DNA from: Anaerolineales bacterium
GTDB taxonomy: Bacteria > Chloroflexota > Anaerolineae > Anaerolineales > UBA4823
DNA: 64,000 nucleotides
NCBI GenBank assembly: GCA_016929095.1
Contig: JAFGJM010000002.1
Span: 128,137-192,136, forward strand
Direction: 5' to 3'
The notes under the pieces: generated by a model
Told to the model about the DNA's origin: nothing
What the model saw: the letters and a program-made list of their open reading frames with translations, nothing else
Databases searched by the model: none
Position numbers and translations under genes: made by a program
Shown: positions 8,200 to 15,013 of the stretch, piece after piece
Layout: the number at the start of each line of letters is the position of its first letter
How positions within the stretch are numbered: position 1 is the first letter of the stretch

Positions 8200-8592
8200 T
8201 TAGTACCAGTACCTCAAATCTACCTGTCCGTTTGGTACTTTGAATTCGCCGGTCGTGATCATGGTGCGCAAGCGCAGGATTTCTTCCCGGGTGCGCACCG
8301 GCATGGGTTTTCCTGAAAACGCCCGGCAGCGTTTTCCTCTTTCGAAATCGAACCAGGTCTTGCAATTCCATCCATTTTCATTGAGCCAGGCAACCATGTC
8401 GTCGAAAGGCTGTTCATCGGTGGTGTAGCTCTCATCCGCATAAGAGCCGGCAGTCCAGCCTTCTTTGTACTTGCTGACAAAAACCGATCCATCTACCTGT
8501 TCTGTCAGTTCTATCCTCGTGACCGGTTTTTTCTCGTAGTCGGGATCGTGCTTGAAATGATCCCATGAATACATATGCATTCGTTTCATCAC
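8200..8592 (-). CDS. Hypothetical protein
   Basis: 130-aa ORF with a GAGGTG RBS. Confidence 0.5.
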   Translation of the reverse strand: MMKRMHMYSWDHFKHDPDYEKKPVTRIELTEQVDGSVFVSKYKEGWTAGSYADESYTTDEQPFDDMVAWLNENGWNCKTWFDFERGKRCRAFSGKPMPVRTREEILRLRTMITTGEFKVPNGQVDLRYWY

Positions 8593-8628
8593 ACACCTCT
8601 ATCGGTTAAATTGCATCGGGATCTCGTT

Positions 8629-8730
8629 TTACAAAGTACTGTTTTTCCCGATCTGGTAAAGCTCGATAAGCCCCGGGGCGCTGCAGGCGATCACGATTAC
8701 GGCAATCCCGATCAGTTCTATCGTGGTCAT
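8629..8730 (-). CDS. Candidate 33-aa single-TM peptide (below ORF-track cutoff)
   Basis: MTTIELIGIAVIVIACSAPGLIELYQIGKNSTL. Its ATG overlaps the upstream TGA (ATGA at 8727-8730). Confidence 0.35.
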   Translation of the reverse strand: MTTIELIGIAVIVIACSAPGLIELYQIGKNSTL

Positions 8731-9302
8731 CCCGCTATCTCCTGCCATTGAATATCTGAGGCTTTGATGCTTTCGAAGAACCAATATTCAACGCTCTCTT
8801 CCGCCTCGGCGATCACGCGCTCTACAAATTTCTCGATCTCAAAATCGCTGCCCCCCTCGATCTCAGGCAGCCGGTTTATCAAAGTCTCGGCGGCGTCTGC
8901 GGCGCTCAGGTCGGTGGAATTTATCAGCCGGTCAATTCTTTGATAAAGAAATAAGCTGCTGCCCCATTTCAGACACCAACGCCAGATGATACGCCCGGCA
9001 GCTGCCAGCCGGGGCTTGATTTCCAGGAACGCCAGGTTATAGCGGTGGCATTCCGGGCAGTAATAAAAAATGTCAAGTGATGAGGGGGAATAGTTCTCGT
9101 TTTCGGGTATATGCAGCCATTGGCAGGCTTCGCCTTTTGCCAATGTTTTCCCGCAGCGTTTGCAGCAGGCTTTGCGTAAATTACTCTCGCCGGTAGGGAT
9201 AAAATGTTCTTCGTATTCGCCAGGGCGATAGCCGGCGCGCACCTGGTTGCACAAGTCTTCGATATTTGCTTCGTGTTGGGGGTTAATTCGCATTCCACTC
9301 AT
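8727..9302 (-). CDS. Hypothetical zinc-ribbon protein (first gene of leftward operon)
   Basis: CCKRCGK...CPECH Cys pairs; 191-aa ORF. Confidence 0.5.
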   Translation of the reverse strand: MSGMRINPQHEANIEDLCNQVRAGYRPGEYEEHFIPTGESNLRKACCKRCGKTLAKGEACQWLHIPENENYSPSSLDIFYYCPECHRYNLAFLEIKPRLAAAGRIIWRWCLKWGSSLFLYQRIDRLINSTDLSAADAAETLINRLPEIEGGSDFEIEKFVERVIAEAEESVEYWFFESIKASDIQWQEIAG

Positions 9303-9354
9303 TGAATTTTCCTGTTTTGGTATAAAAAAGGTTCATAATCTTCTGTAAAAATTA

Positions 9355-9383
9355 TTGGCAACAAGTATTGCCTATGTTAGAAT
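9355..9383 (+). promoter_or_regulatory. Sigma70-type promoter P1 (TTGGCA-N17-TAGAAT, TGT extended -10)
   Basis: -35 at 9355-9360, 17-nt spacer, -10 at 9378-9383. It ends 29 nt before the tRNA-like gene. Confidence 0.55.
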
Positions 9384-9411
9384 GTTTTTGTTGATATCCC
9401 TTTTCGACCAG

Positions 9412-9480
9412 GGGGCCGGTTGATGGCAACAAGACGGAATTCGCATTCGTCCTATGTGGGTTCGACTCCCACCGGCTCCA
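9412..9480 (+). ncRNA. Non-canonical tRNA-like cloverleaf RNA (tmRNA/tRNA-Ala-like acceptor and T-arm; possible regulatory RNA, phage tRNA or att remnant)
   Basis: Acceptor GGGGCCG/CGGCTCC with G3:U70. Mini D-arm GTTG-ATGG-CAAC. Stem ACGGA/TTCGT closing the 7-nt loop ATTCGCA. Variable CCTAT. T-arm GTGGG-TTCGACT-CCCAC. Discriminator A; no CCA encoded. Confidence 0.55.
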
Positions 9481-9497
9481 CAACACATTTTTGTTAA

Positions 9498-9526
9498 TTG
9501 ACAATTCCATAATTCGATGCTATTAT
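9498..9526 (+). promoter_or_regulatory. Sigma70-type promoter P2 (TTGACA-N17-TATTAT, TGC extended -10)
   Basis: -35 at 9498-9503 and -10 at 9521-9526. Predicted TSS is about 9532-9535. Confidence 0.6.
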
Positions 9527-9530
9527 AGAT

Positions 9531-9635
9531 ATGCGAATTCCGTCTTAGCCCACATGGGGCATCCCGATGAGTTCTTCGTGTATTGGACTCATCATTCATT
9601 AGCGCCGCTCCGGTTTTTCCGGAGCGGTTGTTTTT
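9531..9635 (+). ncRNA. Candidate small RNA 1 (about 105 nt) from P2 to an intrinsic terminator
   Basis: A consensus promoter and a terminator bracket about 105 nt with no credible ORF. The 5' 25 nt are complementary to the tRNA-like RNA. Internal hairpin GCCC-ACATG-GGGC. Confidence 0.5.
9605..9635 (+). terminator. Rho-independent terminator
   Basis: CCGCTCCGG-TTTTT-CCGGAGCGG followed by TTGTTTTT. Confidence 0.75.
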
Positions 9636-9660
9636 ATAAACCGCTTGATTATTTATTTCT

Positions 9661-9689
9661 TTGTTCATTGTGGTTTTTGATGCTAAAAT
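9661..9689 (+). promoter_or_regulatory. Sigma70-type promoter P3 (TTGTTC-N17-TAAAAT, TGC extended -10)
   Basis: -35 at 9661-9666 and -10 at 9684-9689. It shares GATGCTA with P2. Confidence 0.5.
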
Positions 9690-9695
9690 AAATAT

Positions 9696-9800
9696 GGTTT
9701 CCGTTCTTACGGCTGGGCGTTCCAGCCAGGGTGATCGCCGGTCTCCTGCCGGTATCACGATCCGCCGCTCCGGGGGTGTTTCGCCGGGGCGGTTTGTTTT
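9696..9800 (+). ncRNA. Candidate small RNA 2 (about 105 nt), paralogous cassette to small RNA 1
   Basis: Hairpins GGCTGG-GCGTT-CCAGCC and GTGAT..CCGG-TCTCCTG-CCGG..ATCAC. The terminator uses the same left arm CGCCGCTCCGG as cassette 1. Confidence 0.45.
9765..9800 (+). terminator. Rho-independent terminator
   Basis: CCGCTCCGG / CCGGGGCGG stem (one G:U), 10-nt loop, then TTTGTTTT. Confidence 0.7.
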
Positions 9801-9848
9801 ACGGGGGAGATAATTATCAATTAAGTATTTTGACTTCATAACAAACAC

Positions 9849-9877
9849 AATATAGCATAAACTTATCAATATGTCAA
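9849..9877 (-). promoter_or_regulatory. Leftward sigma70-type promoter PL (TTGACA-N17-TATATT, TGC extended -10)
   Basis: Minus strand: -35 at 9877-9872 and -10 at 9854-9849. The 8-mer TTATCAAT (9863-9870) sits in its spacer. Confidence 0.55.
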
Positions 9878-9905
9878 GATGTTGATACTGTTACTAGTAT
9901 ATATC

Positions 9906-9934
9906 TTGACATGCGTTATCAATTGTGCTAATAT
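9906..9934 (+). promoter_or_regulatory. Rightward promoter PR for the XRE gene (TTGACA-N17-TAATAT, TGC extended -10)
   Basis: -35 at 9906-9911 and -10 at 9929-9934. The 8-mer TTATCAAT (9916-9923) sits in its spacer. Confidence 0.6.
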
Positions 9935-9967
9935 GTACTCAATAAAACTTTTCGGGAAAGGAGTGAA

Positions 9968-10201
9968 ATGCTCGTTGATATGGCTACAGGGACTCGTTTT
10001 TTGCGGGTCTCCGAAATACGAGAGCAAGCCGGCATTAGCGTTGAAGAACTAGCAACTCGCGCCGATATTGCTTACAATACAGCGCTATCGTATGAGCGAG
10101 ATGTGAGCGAATTGATTAGTAAAAAAGTGTTACGAAAAATCGCAAAAGCTCTCGGTGTCAGGGTTCGCGATTTAATCGCTGACGATGAGGAGACAAATTA
10201 A
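9968..10201 (+). CDS. XRE-family (Cro/CI-type) HTH transcriptional regulator
   Basis: VSEIREQAGISVEELATRADIAYNTALSYERD...LRKIAKALGVRVRDLI. AAAGGAG RBS. Confidence 0.8.
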   Translation: MLVDMATGTRFLRVSEIREQAGISVEELATRADIAYNTALSYERDVSELISKKVLRKIAKALGVRVRDLIADDEETN

Positions 10202-10389
10202 AAAACGAAGTCCCCGGTCATAAAACCGAGAACCTCATTTCCCAAAAATATGGGCATCATTTTCTCCACCCGGGAGCTTGCCGGCTAAAGGTGGAGAACC
10301 AAACAACTCAAAGGAGTTGGGATGGTAAATAAAACAATTGATTATTCAATCGATCCGCATATCTCCATCAATCAATATAATTTACATTG

Positions 10390-11127
10390 CTATCTTGTCG
10401 CAGTTGGGAATTGAACATACTTGGATAATGTTTTTGTTGGAAATGGCGATTTTGTCGCCACAATTCGGTTGGTCGGATATGGAGTTGGTGAACCGTGATT
10501 ATCAAAAATAGCCTTTGTGGACACAATCAAATTATCACAATTCGGCGCGCACGCTTCAATTTCCTTGATCATCTCGACGACTTTCAGCGCCGCAACATTG
10601 CCCATGCCTATATATTCACCCGCCAAAGTGCTGTCTGCATCTTGCATAAACTCCATATATCCCTGAATGTAATAATCCATCGCATCGATATATATAGTTT
10701 TCAACTCTTCCATACAATGCGGTACCTCGACTTTTTGCGTTTCCCGTCGGATCTCTTGAAGGTTGGCAACCGGGCTAGACAAAGCGATCCTGGGCGTGCT
10801 GTTCGCAATATCGATAGCATCTCCCCAGCGAAGTTGGATATCTCTCAAATCTGCCATTGCCCTATCAACATCGGATTTACGACATGTGTTATTTGCACTT
10901 GAATAATTATTATTAGAACCGGAAAAATTAAGAGCTATGAGCGAGAGCGCCAAAATAACAACAATTGCCATGACAACATTCATTACTTTGTTATATGTAT
11001 TCCACCGATTGCGTTTACTCGGTTTATTGATTTTTTCCCTGGCATCGGATACATTCAGCGCCGCACCGCATCCAGAACAATACCTGGCTGCTGCATCATT
11101 TTCATATCCGCAATGTTCACATTTCAT
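10390..11127 (-). CDS. Zinc-ribbon / single-TM membrane-anchored protein
   Basis: MKCEHCGYENDAAARYCSGCGA zinc ribbon, then TM VMNVVMAIVVILALSLIAL and an extracytoplasmic domain. Confidence 0.6.
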   Translation of the reverse strand: MKCEHCGYENDAAARYCSGCGAALNVSDAREKINKPSKRNRWNTYNKVMNVVMAIVVILALSLIALNFSGSNNNYSSANNTCRKSDVDRAMADLRDIQLRWGDAIDIANSTPRIALSSPVANLQEIRRETQKVEVPHCMEELKTIYIDAMDYYIQGYMEFMQDADSTLAGEYIGMGNVAALKVVEMIKEIEACAPNCDNLIVSTKAIFDNHGSPTPYPTNRIVATKSPFPTKTLSKYVQFPTATR

Positions 11128-11237
11128 ATTTCACCCCTTTAGGAAAATAACCTGTGATTAACCCGATTAAACACTTGCATATTTATATGCCTTATGGCAT
11201 AAATAGAATAGATGTTCGAGAACAGGAGGACACAATA

Positions 11238-11387
11238 TTATTTTTCGATTTTTGTAGCCGGCTTCTGAGTTTGATTTTTATGATCGGCCTCTTTAACGTG
11301 TACTGTTGTCATTGGCTTTGGTAATGTTTTTTCTTTTGGGTTTTTTGGCGGATTATTTTGTTTGAATGAAGAGTATTTTGTAATCAT
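11238..11387 (-). CDS. Candidate 49-aa Lys/Pro-rich peptide (below ORF-track cutoff)
   Basis: MITKYSSFKQNNPPKNPKEKTLPKPMTTVHVKEADHKNQTQKPATKIEK. It uses the minus-strand reading of the palindromic GGAGATCTCC as its SD. Confidence 0.25.
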   Translation of the reverse strand: MITKYSSFKQNNPPKNPKEKTLPKPMTTVHVKEADHKNQTQKPATKIEK

Positions 11388-11398
11388 GGAGATCTCCT

Positions 11399-11929
11399 AT
11401 GGCTAAAAATCTTGATACAATGCCCTTCAGCGGCAATATCGAAGGTTATAAATGGGCAATATCAGAACTTAAAGACAATCTATCGAATCAATATATAAGT
11501 ATCACAGCCTCAAAAAATATTGCCCAATCTATGTTTTCGTCATCCAGTATGATTATTGCTATCATTGGCGTTTTTCAAATTTTGAATATATCTATCAATC
11601 CAGAAATCGCAACTCTTTATAACGTGATCCTATTGTTGGCTTTGCTTCTTTATGTATCACTGGTTATTTTGTGTATCTTTGTATTAACGCCGCCTGATGT
11701 ATATGGTACAACTGGCAATGATTGGGATGAAATTTATCCTGCATTTATTGATCAAAAAGAAGATCGTCAGATATATCGCCAGTTGATTTCAAATTACATA
11801 AGTGCTATCGAAAATAACAAACCTATAATCACAAAAAGAGTTTTGCTTTCTAAAATAACAGGATATTTATTTGCGTGTATTGTGATTATGGTATTTGTAT
11901 TAATATTGCTTCCTCTCTATAATCCATAA
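11399..11929 (+). CDS. Three-TM membrane protein of unknown function
   Basis: TMs at MIIAIIGVFQIL, ILLLALLLYVSLVILCIFVL and YLFACIVIMVFVLILLPL. SD GGAG lies 7 nt upstream. Confidence 0.6.
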   Translation: MAKNLDTMPFSGNIEGYKWAISELKDNLSNQYISITASKNIAQSMFSSSSMIIAIIGVFQILNISINPEIATLYNVILLLALLLYVSLVILCIFVLTPPDVYGTTGNDWDEIYPAFIDQKEDRQIYRQLISNYISAIENNKPIITKRVLLSKITGYLFACIVIMVFVLILLPLYNP

Positions 11930-12057
11930 AAAGTCCGGCCGGCGCAAGTGCAATACCTGCGCCAGCCGATGAGACTTGCTGACCTGCAAAATCTACCCAG
12001 ATCACCCAGGCCAGCGCAGAACCTTAACAACGAAATCGCTGTCAAAGCTTCCACAGA

Positions 12058-12131
<74 letters not shown>

Positions 12132-12459
12132 ATGCGGACGAATTATACCGCAAAGAAATGAGATGTCAACTTTATGCCCCTTATGACTCTCTGTATCTTT
12201 TTATATACATTTTTACCTAAAATTTCCCCGTTTTTTACTTACAAATCTATTTATTCTTTATATTTTGTTTATATTTTTACGCAAGTTTTACGGTAAGTAT
12301 TTACTAACCCTGTATAGTGTAAAGAACCATAATGGTAAGAATCGGTCGAGATCCCTAGTGGCATCTTGTGAATAATTAAGGGTTGAAAACGATTATTGTT
12401 GTCATATTGCCTGCCTGAATAATTAAATACGTGATTTTTAGAAATAGGATTTCTGGCAT

Positions 12460-13986
12460 ATGAACGATCTATACTCTCGTAAACACCAGATTCTCATCAT
12501 CGATGATGAGATTATCCTGGCAAATAACATGAAGAATCAGCTTCAACGATTTGGGTATGAAGTGCTCGTTGGTCCCACATCCGGTAAAGATGCCATTCCC
12601 TTCACGATTAACCTTAAACCGGATCTGGTTATTATGGATATTTTTCTTAATGGCGAACCGGACGGGATTGAAGTCTCCAAGAAAATCAACACAGTCTTGG
12701 ACATACCCATCATCTATTCCACAGCTTTTGCCGATGAAGACACCATCAACAGAGCCAGCATCAGTGCCCCTTATGGCTATCTGATCAAACCCATCGATTT
12801 AAACGAATTGCATAGCAGCATCGAAATCGCCTTATACAAACATAAGATGGAGAAAATCCTCAAAGAAAGCGAACAACGTTACCGTTTGATCTCTGAATTA
12901 ACTTCCGATTTCGCTTACGCTTACCGCATCGATCCGGATGGCAATTGCATCAGAGAGTGGGTCACCGATGCTTTTCAGCGCATCACCGGATTTTTACCCG
13001 ATCAAATTGACCCATGCATCGGTTGGCTTAGCCTGGTACACCCGGATGATACCTCCATCGTAACGCAACGCCAAATTCGGCTTACCGAAGGTTATTCGGA
13101 TGTCAGCGAATATCGCATACTTCACAAGGATGGACAATACCGCTGGCTGCGAGATTATTCTCGTCCGATGAAAGATTCCCCCAATCAATCGGTTACCCAC
13201 ATTATCGGCGCCGCCCAAGATATTACACTTTCAAAATATATGGAAAGTCAACTCCAAATATCCCAAAAACGACTTATTCAAAATTCACGCCTGGCAGCTA
13301 TCGGGGAATTAGCTTCGGGTTTTGCTCATCATATCAATAATCCGCTTACGTCAATTTTAGCCGAAGCCCAGCTTATGCTTCATAGCTTACCAGTTGATCA
13401 TCCGTGCCGGGAATCAGCGGACGCCATCCAAAAAGCTTCATGGCGCGTTTTCAATGATATCCAGAAATTGATCGAATTATCCAAACCAATTACGATCACC
13501 CTCGAAAAAACGAGTATTAATAACACACTGGAAACAGCCACAAGCCTCATCACCGATCATTTATCCATAAAACAAGTAGATGTAAAACAAATATTCTCTT
13601 ATGCCAATCCTTGCATCCTGGCAAATGAATATCAACTGTGGGATTTATGGATAAATCTCTTATTGCTTACTTTAGACGCCAATCCAAAACATATCGAGAT
13701 AAAAACCTCGATTTCGCCCGATAATTTAGCCGTAGTAGATATTTGGGACGATGGTAAATATATATCACCGGCAGAAATTGAAGCATTACTCGATGCCGAC
13801 TTCATTACTCTTCCTGGGGAAAGAGGCATCGGCATCGAAATGCGTATTTATCAGGAAATCATTCGTCAATATGGAGGAGAAATCTCCATCGTAAGCGACG
13901 AAAAAGATGGTACTACCCAATCGATCACTTTTCCATTAATTGCGGAAGTTCAAAATCAGCAAGCTGAAATTAGGACTTTCGATTAA
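12460..13986 (+). CDS. Hybrid sensor: receiver + PAS + histidine kinase
   Basis: REC (ILIIDDE, DLVIMDI), PAS region, H-box FAHHINNPLTSI, C-terminal HATPase (GIGIEM...GG). Confidence 0.8.
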   Translation: MNDLYSRKHQILIIDDEIILANNMKNQLQRFGYEVLVGPTSGKDAIPFTINLKPDLVIMDIFLNGEPDGIEVSKKINTVLDIPIIYSTAFADEDTINRASISAPYGYLIKPIDLNELHSSIEIALYKHKMEKILKESEQRYRLISELTSDFAYAYRIDPDGNCIREWVTDAFQRITGFLPDQIDPCIGWLSLVHPDDTSIVTQRQIRLTEGYSDVSEYRILHKDGQYRWLRDYSRPMKDSPNQSVTHIIGAAQDITLSKYMESQLQISQKRLIQNSRLAAIGELASGFAHHINNPLTSILAEAQLMLHSLPVDHPCRESADAIQKASWRVFNDIQKLIELSKPITITLEKTSINNTLETATSLITDHLSIKQVDVKQIFSYANPCILANEYQLWDLWINLLLLTLDANPKHIEIKTSISPDNLAVVDIWDDGKYISPAEIEALLDADFITLPGERGIGIEMRIYQEIIRQYGGEISIVSDEKDGTTQSITFPLIAEVQNQQAEIRTFD

Positions 13987-14005
13987 ACAAGATATAATTC
14001 AATAT

Positions 14006-15013
14006 ATGCAAGCTGATCTATCCATAACATCCATACCTGGTATTCGAGTTGGTCATGCCCAAGATTTCGATGCATTAACCGGTTGTACTGTCATCCTTTG
14101 CCCAAAAGGAGCGACAGGGGGCATCGACCAACGCGGAGGAGCTCCCGGAACCCGCGAATCAGACGCCCTACACCCCATGCACCTGGTCGAGAAAGTTCAT
14201 GCCATTGCCCTGGCTGGCGGCTCTGCTTTTGGATTGGACGCCGCAGCGGGCGTCATGAAATATTTAGAAGAGCAAGGCGTGGGATTTGAAACCGGCGCCG
14301 GGAAGGTGCCCACTGTGCCGGCTGCCATTCTTTTCGATTTAAATATCGGTAAAAAAGAAATACGCCCCGATGCAGCTATGGGCTACCAGGCATGTTTGAA
14401 CGCTTCAAAAACTCCCCCTCAAGAAGGTAATTATGGCGCCGGTACCGGTGCAACCGTAGGCAAGATTTTAGGCATGGGTCAGGCTGTAAAAGCTGGCATA
14501 GGATGTGCAGCCATGGACATTGGCAATGGTGTTTTCGTAGCAGCAATTTTTGCCGTTAACGCATTTGGCGATGTGATTGATCCATCAAATGGAAAGATAC
14601 TGGCAGGCGCACGATCTCTGCAGAAAGGACCAATCCACATTGGGTCCGAAGAAACCTTTGCCGATACTCAGTCAATCATGAAATCCTTTATAGGGCGCAC
14701 CTCGTTAGGTTTTGCCTCTCGGGCAAACACAGTGATTGGCGTTGTCGCCAGTAATGCCCGATTGAACAAGGAAGAAACCAATAAAGTAGCACAAATGGCA
14801 CAAGATGGTCTTGCGCGCTGTATTCGCCCCGCCCATACGATGGTGGATGGCGATACCATATTTGCGATATCTACCGGCCCCAAAAAGGCCGATGTGAATA
14901 TTATTGGTGCTTTTGCCGCCGAAGTTACTTCGCAGGCAATTCTCCGTTCCGTTAAAATGGCAAAATCTATTGGCGGCGTACCCTCAATATGTGAATTAAA
15001 AAATGAACAATAA
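14006..15013 (+). CDS. P1/S58 (DmpA-type) family peptidase
   Basis: IPGIRVGHAQD...TGCTVIL...GGAPGTRE...ANTVIGVVASNA. Start trimmed to ATG 14006. Confidence 0.75.
   Translation: MQADLSITSIPGIRVGHAQDFDALTGCTVILCPKGATGGIDQRGGAPGTRESDALHPMHLVEKVHAIALAGGSAFGLDAAAGVMKYLEEQGVGFETGAGKVPTVPAAILFDLNIGKKEIRPDAAMGYQACLNASKTPPQEGNYGAGTGATVGKILGMGQAVKAGIGCAAMDIGNGVFVAAIFAVNAFGDVIDPSNGKILAGARSLQKGPIHIGSEETFADTQSIMKSFIGRTSLGFASRANTVIGVVASNARLNKEETNKVAQMAQDGLARCIRPAHTMVDGDTIFAISTGPKKADVNIIGAFAAEVTSQAILRSVKMAKSIGGVPSICELKNEQ

Larger units (their letters stand above)
1..12057. mobile_element. Phage-like / cryptic integrated element (partial; left end outside window), right limit provisionally at the 3' end of tRNA-Lys
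   Basis: Block of co-directional, overlapping small genes with phage-type functions (DUF5131, ParB-like, Rad52-like, XRE switch). It abuts the 3' end of tRNA-Lys(CTT) at 12058. No att repeat could be located in the window. Confidence 0.55.

Noticed and set aside
9412-9800. Full-length or two-piece (permuted) tmRNA gene
   Set aside because: The T-arm and acceptor with G3:U70 look tmRNA-like, but both acceptor strands lie within 69 nt. No tag-peptide reading frame ending in a hydrophobic tail or pseudoknot series follows. The piece order does not fit a permuted ssrA.
9372-9869. 165-aa minus-strand ORF (and plus-strand ORF 9491..9691) across the control region
   Set aside because: They overlap five promoters, two intrinsic terminators and the tRNA-like cloverleaf. 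The translated sequence is Arg/Gly/Pro-rich nonsense typical of structured RNA, and there is no RBS.
10322-10411. 29-aa plus-strand ORF with AAAGGAG RBS downstream of the XRE gene
   Set aside because: It is very short, has no distinctive features, and its end overlaps the convergent 245-aa gene. I kept it only as a note.
12134-12459. AT-rich 326-nt region after tRNA-Lys as possible att site or small gene
   Set aside because: I could identify no repeat of the tRNA 3' end, no ORF and no structured motif. It is most simply the promoter region of the kinase operon.
13940-14005. Upstream start of the S58 peptidase ORF overlapping the kinase by 47 nt
   Set aside because: The extension (MRKFKISKLKLGLSIKQDIIQY) is read from the kinase 3' end in another frame. 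The family-typical N-terminus begins at ATG 14006.
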